Source: an uncultured Acidobacteriota bacterium
GTDB taxonomy: Bacteria > Acidobacteriota > Blastocatellia > RBC074
NCBI GenBank assembly: GCA_963796275.1
Contig: CAWCKY010000003.1
Span: 1,504,001 to 1,568,000 of the forward strand
Direction: 5' to 3'
Length of the DNA stretch: 64,000 nt
Position 1 is the stretch's first letter. Every line of letters begins with the position of its first letter. This document shows, in pieces, positions 54,020 to 64,000 of this stretch. Under the pieces are notes generated by a model. The model did no database searches. It was not told where the DNA came from and was given only the letters and a program-made list of their open reading frames with translations. The translations under genes and the position numbers were made by a program.

Positions 54020-54169
54020 AAGTCGCTCAATTAAAGAGGTAATGTATGGGAAAAGTAAGCGAGCCGGAGCGCGCTCGGCCTAGCGCGCATGTTAACGTCT
54101 ATAGTTTGGTCGTAAACCTTGCGCGTGAGTCTCGCGCACTCCCGGTTTGTAATGCTTTCACCCACTGCA

Positions 54170-54742
54170 TCACTGATCGTTGGATGAATTTATCATACTA
54201 CCGCCGCCCAACAGGTCGTTGATCGCTCGCAACCGGATTTTCTTCACTTCGGCTACCCCACGTTCCGTCGATTCTCGGTAGTCGTGCGATATTCCGAGCA
54301 CTATAGCATCGAGAGAGCGCGTCTGTTTGAAAATCGCCTGCTCGATCTTTTTCAGACAATTATTTCGGTCTTTGTTCTGCGATCCCGGCAGCTTGCGCGT
54401 ATAGTCGTCGGCATATCGGATCAATGCCATATAAAGGTCCATATCCTGGGCGGCTGCCTTGAACTGGCTCTCCTGGATAAGTTTATAGGCACTATCGATG
54501 CGGGCATCCGAGACCTTTAGCGTCGCTTCTACACGTCCCTTCGGTTTCTGTTCCTTTAGAATCGACTGCGATTCCGATTCGCTCAATTCTTCCGGCAGCA
54601 GACGGTCGTGCACCTGAAGCGACTGATCGAGTGCCGTCATCGACAATATCGGCGCAATTGTCAGTAGCGAAATGAAGATGGTCATCAACACCATAGCCGT
54701 ATCTCTTTTCCAGGCTGTCAAGACGGAGAATTTGTTGGACAC
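54170..54742 (-). CDS. Secreted or membrane-anchored hypothetical helical protein
   Basis: N-terminal hydrophobic segment; AAGGA upstream; co-oriented with its neighbours. Confidence 0.7.
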   Translation of the reverse strand: MSNKFSVLTAWKRDTAMVLMTIFISLLTIAPILSMTALDQSLQVHDRLLPEELSESESQSILKEQKPKGRVEATLKVSDARIDSAYKLIQESQFKAAAQDMDLYMALIRYADDYTRKLPGSQNKDRNNCLKKIEQAIFKQTRSLDAIVLGISHDYRESTERGVAEVKKIRLRAINDLLGGGSMINSSNDQ

Positions 54743-54788
54743 CGATAAAATATCATTCCTTTATCGGTATGCCAAATAGCAGGCGGAA

Positions 54789-55334
54789 TTATTCCCGGCC
54801 TTCGGCAAGGTCGCCGATGATCGGCAGCTTGGTCCGATTACCGTGGTAAGCCTGATACATCATCCAGATGGTTCCGCCGAGGGCGATCAGCCCCAGACCG
54901 GAGGAGAGGAGGTCTTCGACAACGCCGAGCGGGAGAATGGATATTATATTGATCAAAATATTTAAAGCCACCAGCGCCACCGTGAAAAAGATCGATTGGT
55001 AGGCGTGGAACCGCACGAACGGGTCTTTGTTATAGGGTGTGAGAACCAGGAAGATAATGCCCGTGATGATAAACAGAGGATAACAGAGCATCGCCGCAAT
55101 GTTGGGCTTCAGATCCGCATTCTCGGCCGGAGATTCATAGTGAGCTTGAGAGGGCGGCTGATAGGCCGATGGGCCATAATTCGGCTGCTCCCGCGACGAT
55201 GTCTGGTAAGCCATGGTCGGGGACGTTTCCCCCTGAGGTGGTTCTGCCAGCGGTACTCCGCATTTATTACAGAACCTCGCAGTCTGGCTCACCGTAGCTC
55301 CACATTCTTTACAGATTCTCGTCATATGAATCAC
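54789..55334 (-). CDS. Zinc-ribbon + DUF4870 membrane protein
   Basis: CKECG...FCNKCG; [23 protein letters not shown]. Confidence 0.85.
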   Translation of the reverse strand: MIHMTRICKECGATVSQTARFCNKCGVPLAEPPQGETSPTMAYQTSSREQPNYGPSAYQPPSQAHYESPAENADLKPNIAAMLCYPLFIITGIIFLVLTPYNKDPFVRFHAYQSIFFTVALVALNILINIISILPLGVVEDLLSSGLGLIALGGTIWMMYQAYHGNRTKLPIIGDLAEGRE

Positions 55335-55478
55335 TCCTTATATCTCGCCCCGCCGGGGTTCCAAAACCGCATTGGGGGATCCTATTTTGCATCGTGATCG
55401 CAAGTTTTAGAAGGGCTTCAGAGCGGTAGCCGGTTCTCGGCTTTCTTGTTCTAATTGACAATCGACAAATGCTGTCAA

Positions 55479-58400
55479 TCAGAAAGACTGTCCGAATCTG
55501 ATATGAAATGCGCCGCGCGGTTGTCTTAAAATGACTCCTGAATTCGAGAGGTAAAATGGCGGGTCGATCAGGAAACCGTAATCGACGCCGATTGGTCCGA
55601 TCGGCGTGATGATGCGCAGGCCGAGGCCTACCGAATTCGTCATATTACTGAAGTCTATGTCGCCCACTCGCCGGAAGACGTTGCCCAGATCATAGAATGG
55701 CACGATACGGAAGCGCTGCGATAGAGGATATCGCAGCTCGAAGTTAAAGACCGTCAGTGCATCGCCGCCCACCGGCACGAACGTCGGCAGCTCACACGTA
55801 GGGGGAATCTCATCGCACGATCTGCCTTTGCGCGGCTCCAGGACTACCTGTGGCCCGGCAGCCTCGTACCTGAAGCCGCGCAGCGTGGTCGCCCCACCCG
55901 TGAAGAACCGTTCGGTGATCGGTAACCGTCTCTCGCTCTCGTTCTCCCCGATTATCCCATTGTCGTTGCGGTCCGATGGCCGAAACATCCGGGCGAGCCC
56001 GATGCGCGCCGAAAAAGCCAATGTCGTGTTTCCCAATAACGGAAATTGAGGATCGAGAGTTTTATAAGTCTGATATGTCCCGAAAAACTTGTTGAAGGAT
56101 TCATTACCGCCGAACAAGGTGGCGGCAATAGAATTCTCCACGCTGACGAGAGCGCCTCTGGTCGGATTTAGCACGCTGTCCCGATTGTCGCGCGTAAAGC
56201 CCACGGAGACCATCCCGAGCCGGATCGCCCGTTCATTACGCGTCACCTCAGTGTCAGGTAGAGCATCTACGTCATCACCGAACAATTTCGCGCGCTCCAG
56301 GTTGTACCGGAAACGCAACGAAGTACGGTCATCCAATTTGCGTTCGGACTGAATGAATGCTGCGAGGCGCTGGATGCCCAAATCTACATCTTCATCGCTA
56401 TCCTCTACGCTGCCATCATCGGTCAAGACGCGGGGCCTCACAAATGGCTGCAGGTCCGAATTGCGGTTGTAATAGGCGGAGACGGTCGTCGGCAACCGCC
56501 AGCCGAACGGTCGCATGTCGGTGAATGAAAGCTGGCTGAATTGTTCTATCTGGCTGGCGCGCATCCGGAGCGATAAGGAATTGAGGGTGCCGTAGAGATT
56601 CGTATTGGTGATCTCCGTCAAACCTCGGATACCGTCATCCGTCGAAAAACCCAAACCATAAACGAACATCATCGGCTTGGCTTCGGTCAGTTTGATGGTA
56701 ACTTTATGCGCTGACCCATCACCGACGATGGTTGGAACTGAGCTGATGGTGACTTCCCGAAAGGCATTGGTCGCGAACAGATCGCGTTGCGTCCGGCGGA
56801 CCTTAGCCGGGGTCAGCACATCGCCGATTTTGAAATCGAGGTAGCGGTGGACCCAATCCTCGCCGGTCTTCGTAAGCCCCGTGATTTCAATTTCGCCGAC
56901 GATTGCGCGCACTCCCTCATCGATTTTGTATACCAGAATCACGCCTTCCTCGGCCGTATCGCCCAGCTCGAGGGTGGCCTCTGCCTCAAGAAATCCTTGT
57001 TGCTCGTATAGCTGTTTGATCTCCTGTGCGCCGGCCCGCGCTCGCGGACGTGAGAATGCCTCGCCCCGTTGAATCGGGATTACCTCGCGTAACTCCTGTG
57101 CAGATATCAGAGTGTTGCCGCGCAAATTGATCCCGGCGACCGTGGATTGCGGGCCTTCGACCACATCGAAGATGACCACCAGATCATCGCTGTCGGGCTT
57201 CACACCCCAACGCGACTGAACGCGAGCGGTGCGGAACCCCAGATCGCGAAGGCCGCGGCGAATCGTCTCCTCGTCGTTTCGTAACCGGTCATTGCTGGTC
57301 AACCCGCGAACATAGCCGCCGATGAGCGGAAAGTCTTTCAGGAACGGTACGCCGCCTACCTGGCTCGCCTTCTGCGATTGTAATTGCCCCACGATATCGG
57401 GCAGCTTGATCTGATCGGTGCCTTCGATGCGGATCTCCGCCAGATCGTGTTTAGCATTCGGCTGGATATCGTAAAACACTTTCAATTTCTCTCCGCTGCA
57501 GTTTTCCGGATCGCAGCGGAAGTTGACTTCAGCGAAGAAATATCCCTGCTCCTGCAGATATTCGCGCAACCTGCTTTCGCCGAGGCGGGCAAGCGAGCGG
57601 CTGAAACCCTGTGTCATCACAGGAAGCAGTTCGCGCAATTTACTATCCTTCAGCTTCAGGTCTTCGACGGGACTGACGTTCACATCGGCTGGCGGCAGTT
57701 TCGGCCTGGCAGGGCGGTTCGAGGAGATGCCTGTGTCCGCGCCGCCACCCGGCCGCCCGAGCACATCGTCGGGACTGAATCCGAGCGAAAAACGTTTGCG
57801 GCCGCGCAGCTCGACCGTCAGCACGCCGTCATTGTCTCCCTGTCGCGCGGAGGTCCCCCCCTGCGTGAAACTCGCGAGCGCTGAAAAGCGGCTGGTGATC
57901 GTGTATTCGGCGAGCGCCGTTTGAAACTGATCCGCTGCCAGGTTCGTCGAATAGCTCAGGTAGAGATTGCGAGAAAACTGCTGACCGATGGTCAGCCGCG
58001 CCGCCGGATTCGTATTCGGGCGGATCACAGGGTCGATCTGAAAACGGCTGATTCCGAGCAATTCTTCCGTCGGTTTTGAAATAAACCCGGAGGTGACAAG
58101 CGATGCTGCCGCGCCGGCGCCCGATCGCAGAAGGTCCTGACTCGTCATTGAACCGATTTCTGCCCGCCCCGTCGTTATCAGCGCGATGACTTCATCTCTC
58201 GACAGGGACGGTTCGGACTGCAGGTTCAACTCGATCGCATCCACGGGCCCCACAAAACCGATGGTGACGCGATAACCGCCGATCTCGCTCTCGGCGGAGA
58301 GGTTGAGGAACGGCTCGCTATTACCGGCGGGAAACTCGATAGAGCCGCTGGTTATTTCATAGCGCTGCCCGCGGAAGCGCACTGTTCCACCGTCGCTTTC

Positions 58401-61400
58401 AATTCGCCCGACCGGGTCCGGATTGTTCAACGTGCCGTTCAGGTTGATCAGCGCGGAGCCGACGGCATTGATCTGCTTATTTTGAACGATGAGCGAATCG
58501 TCGGCTTCGAGGCGAATATTTAGACTGATAGGAGGGATACCCGCGCGCCGCATCCTGCCCCCACCGAATCCTCCCGATGTCAGGCCGGTCGTCCCGCCGG
58601 CGATCAGGTTGTCCAGATCGATCCTCGGCACGTACTCAGCCTGCGGAATTGTGATCGTCCCGCCCAGCGTCTGCCCTTGTTGCGTGCCGCGCAGCGACAG
58701 ATCGCCATTCGCCGTCGCGGCGATATCCTGATAATTGACTACCAGGTCTCTGCCTTTGATATTAAATCGCCATTCGCTCGGCTGCATCTGTGCAAGCCTC
58801 ACTTCACCGTTCATCTCCAGCTTCCCGTCGTTAGCATTCGCGGTGAATTGATCGAGCGCCATCCGGTCGCCTTCGAGCGTTATACTGCCGGTGCCTTCGG
58901 TAATAATTATGGGAAGATTTTTCGAGGCTAAGCCGAATTCGCTGGCATTGATTCGGCCGCTCAGTTGCGGCGCTCCGGCGGTCCCGGTCGCTTTCGCGTC
59001 GATGACCATCGTACCCGAGAACGTGTAGTCGGGAATTAGTGTCGGAAGCTGTGCGAGATTGACGGTGCCCTTGAGCGTGAAGTCTAATCCGGCATCATTC
59101 ATCAAACCGAGCGTCCCGTTGAAGCTCAGGTCGAGCCCCTGGCCGGTGATGCGGGTACCGCTGACGTTGACCTGTCTCGCTGCGAGTTCGATGGTGACGG
59201 GCGTTTCGATCTTCACCGGCGTCTCTTCCATTTCGAGCTCGACTTTAGTCAGCGTCAGCCCGCCGCGCAGTTGTTCAAAGCTCGCATTGCCGATTTCGTC
59301 TACCGTCGGACCTTCCAGACGCAGACTGCCGCTGAGTTTTCCCTCGACGTTCATCTTGAGGTTGGGCGCAAATAACTCGATTACCGGTGCGACGTTCTGG
59401 TCGACCAGATTTCCTATGATGGTAGCCGGGCGCCCGGGTTTGCGCAGCTCTATGGTGCCCCTGATCACCTCGGGTCTGTCCGGCGCCGCCGTCGTGGAGA
59501 GGATGCCAGTGACCAGGCCGAAAGACAGGCGGCCTCCATTGCCTGTCCTCGCCCCAAATCTCAGGACGCCCGCGTCGCGCCCATTGATTTTAACGTCTTT
59601 CCCTTGTGCGATCAGCCGGAGCTCGAGGCTCTCCCAATCAAGCTCGGATTTTTTATCGGCTATCGTCTTGCCGCTGACAACAAGATCGAGATTTGCGGTA
59701 CCATCCACGCGCGTATCTTTTAGCTCGAAGGCATCCACCAACGACTGAAGCGAGATTTGATCGCTCTTGCCCTGAAGCTTGAATGAAAAATCATCGAGGT
59801 TGAGTTCTCCGCTGGCGCTGAGCTGGCTCTGCGCCAGCCTCACATCCAGGTGCTCGACCTCCGCACGTTTGCCGCTGAATTTCACGCTTGCCGCGGCACT
59901 TTGCGCATCCTGATTAGCAATCCTGCCGTCTACGAGAGTTATCCGCGCCGTCCCGTTGAAATTCGCAGGCAAGCCCGCCAGATTCGCTTCACCTGAAACA
60001 TCTCCTGTAATGAATTGGCTGACATCGGGTGATCCGGCGGCGGCGAGTATCGTTGCCAGATCGACGCGATCGATAATCGCAACGATCTTCCCGCTTTCGG
60101 CTTCCTTAGCGAGCGGAGTGTTCAGATCGAATTTGAGCGAGCCGCCGTCTGTCGTGGAGATCAGGCCTTTCTCGACCCGTATCTCATCGGGCGAAATAAC
60201 GATGTGGCCCGTCAGGGCTCCGAGCAGCGCATCGCGTAATCCGATGGTTGCCGCGTTCACATCGCCTTCAATGATCGCTTTCTCCAGACGGCCGGAGAGA
60301 CGGCCATCGAATTTAAGGTCGCCGATGATCTGCGGTTCGTATTCGGCGATGTATGGGCGAGCGGCTTCGATCGACCTCGCGATCTGGAGGAACTGTTCAG
60401 CCTGCGTTGAGTTGAGCGAGACCCGAAAATCAGATTCTCCATCGATGGAGAGCTTGCCTCCGGCCAGGAGCTTCGACGCATCGGTCGATAGCTGTAACTC
60501 GCCAATCTCGAATACGCCATCGTGCGCCTTGACCGCGACTCGACCGGTGACGGGTATGGCATCGACGGAATCCGGAGCATCGCTCGCCTTGCCGTCAAAG
60601 CTGGCATTGATGGTGCCCGCGAGTGTGCGCAGATCGGCGCCGCTGATGCTGACTTCGGCATCCCCGCTGATCTTACCCATCAGCGGGACCTTATTGCCCG
60701 CGGAGTTCTCGGCTGCAATCAGGGAAAAGACATCATTCGTCTGAATGTCGATGAAGCTCGCTTTCGCCCGGGACGCCGCGCCGCGACCGAGCGGCAGCGT
60801 ATACTCGCCCGAAACGGAGCCGCCCAGCAGCTCTGCTTTTATGCCGTTCAGCGTGAGAGCCGAGTTGTCGAAAACCGCCTGCGTCGTCGCGTTACTGAAA
60901 TTGACTCCCGCGATCGCACCCTGATTGAGTCTCGCCCCGGCCTTCACTTGATAACGCAGGCTCCGGTCGCTCGGGTTGAGAGATATGGTCAGGCCATTGA
61001 GCGTCAGATTCGAGAGCTTGCTGTCCGGCCATTCGACCATGGCGATGTGAGCGTTGGATGCGTTCGCTTGAGCACGGCCAGAGTTATAATCTCCTTTGAA
61101 ATTATCGATGGCGATGCTCCCGATCCGCAGCCTGTCAACCGTCGCAGACTCGGCGCGCACCCGGCTGCTGGCGAAATCTACGCCATTTTCTCGCGATTCC
61201 ACGTTGAACTGTGCAATCTGAACGCCGCGCAGCCTGGTAGTCGCTACCGCCATCTCGTCCGCATTCAAACCGCCGTTGATCTTATAAATCGCGCCTTCAC
61301 CCTCGATCCGTCCTTTGGCGGATGCATGGCCATTCATTGTGGCATCGGCCAGAAAGAGGCGAGCAGCTTCCTCGAGCTTCACCCGTGAATCAAAATCGAA

Positions 61401-62220
61401 GCCATAACGGAAAGCTTTCCAGTCATCGATCTTTCCGTTGGCCGCCAGTTCGGCGATTCCCGCTTTCAGATTGAGATGATCGAATCGGGCGCCTTCTTCG
61501 GAGATATAGCCCGCGAGGCTGAGCTTATCGATTGCGGTCTCTCTGTTCTGATAACTTAAACGGCCGCCCGCGCCCTCCAATTGAAGCGCCATAGTTACCG
61601 GAGCTGCTGCGTGCGGTCGCGCTGCGATTCGGATTCCGGTTAAATCTGTCTCGATCCTGCGGGCGCGGTCTTTCACGTGGATCGCGCTATCCGTGATCGT
61701 CGCCAGCAGTTGCGAGTAGTCGACAGTGATCCGTTCCTTGGGAGAGCGCGCGCTGCGCAATCGCTTGATGTTTGCCCGCCCCTGCTCGTCGATTTCGAGA
61801 TATAGATCGACGCCTTCGAGGTTCAAGCTTTTGAGGACTATCTCACGGCTAAGACTCAGGGCATAGGGCTCGCGGATATCGACGTCCACCTCCACCAGTT
61901 TGAGCGAGGCAATGAGTTGTCCGGTCTCATCATTAAAGATCTTAAAATCGGATAGCCGAGCGGTCTGGGCCTTGAGCGAAATCTTCGTTCCCCCGATCTC
62001 GCTGCGCAGCCCGTAATCTTTCAACGCGGCGTTTAGCTGTTCCGCGACAAGCCGGTTGAATGATTCAGAGCGAACATATACCCATGCGGCAATACCGGTA
62101 CATGCCGATCAGAAGAATGAGTGCCGCGAGCGCAATCAGCGCCCGCTTCAGGGTAGGCAGATACTTACTCCGTGGCACAGATGGGGGTGTGTCAGGTTGT
62201 TCTGAAGATGTGAACTCCAT
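55479..62220 (-). CDS. TamB (AsmA/DUF490)-Omp85 (POTRA + barrel) fusion; +1 frameshift near 62100
   Basis: ATG 62220 after AGAAGG encodes a TM that shifts into the 2181-aa frame. TamB C-terminus (LSRDEVIALITTG, RLTIGQQFS), POTRA repeats, ERFFTGGATTLRGF, and a C-terminal beta-signal FHIRFGQSF. Confidence 0.87.
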
Positions 62221-62472
62221 CCTTCTCTAAAAACTAAAATACAAAATCAGTGAGATTTTATATCGGGGGTACCACCCTATTCTTTTACAAAGCACGGCGA
62301 TGTTCAAGTCACCGGATGTGATATGGCAGATTCACCTCAAAATTTACAAATGTAAAGATAAAGAAGAGTTTATTTCTTCTTTCATCGTGGTTTTGTTGAG
62401 AGAGTTCTGTTATGAATCGCTTTACTCTCTTGTTTGTAAATTTGCGAGTTCCGAGATTAAAGTTGCCACCTG

Positions 62473-64000
<1,528 letters not shown>

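Noticed and set aside
59059-61388. Long plus-strand ORFs opposite tamB (and similar ones opposite ilvD, vgrG and the CHAT genes)
   Set aside because: They are antisense shadows of well-supported genes in GC-rich DNA.
51774-62220. Selenoprotein (in-frame TGA) near selB
   Set aside because: DsbA and DsbB use Cys codons. Read-through of the TGA near 62066 would not restore the TamB frame. No TGA-interrupted redox ORF was spotted by eye.

Overview
A 64 kb bacterial chromosomal window of moderately high GC. Gene content and repeat style suggest Acidobacteriota, probably Blastocatellia-like (inference). From left to right it holds: the end of a T6SS locus (clpV/tssH, a secreted caspase-PEGA-TPR protein, vgrG, DUF4123); housekeeping and metabolic genes (gdhA, larE, purEK, a 2-oxoacid dehydrogenase E2, lipB, two glutamate-type symporters, lipA, ferredoxin, an IlvD-family dehydratase, MarR-pirin-nitroreductase); a 12 kb minus-strand signalling module; tRNA-Pro(TGG); REP/MITE-rich intergenic DNA, including a multiply nested element; dsbB/dsbA; a giant TamB-Omp85 fusion; and selB. 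The signalling module is the best candidate for an undescribed system. Its order is anti-sigma-like protein, CHAT protease with a SPOR domain inserted between its catalytic His and Cys, TPR-CHAT protease, ECF sigma, ZAS anti-sigma, DUF4394 protein. It carries three exact copies of a candidate ECF promoter, TGAAATT-N16-CACTTT. All calls come from reading motifs by eye; no searches were run. Two single-base frameshifts (about 8985 and about 62100) may be assembly errors.
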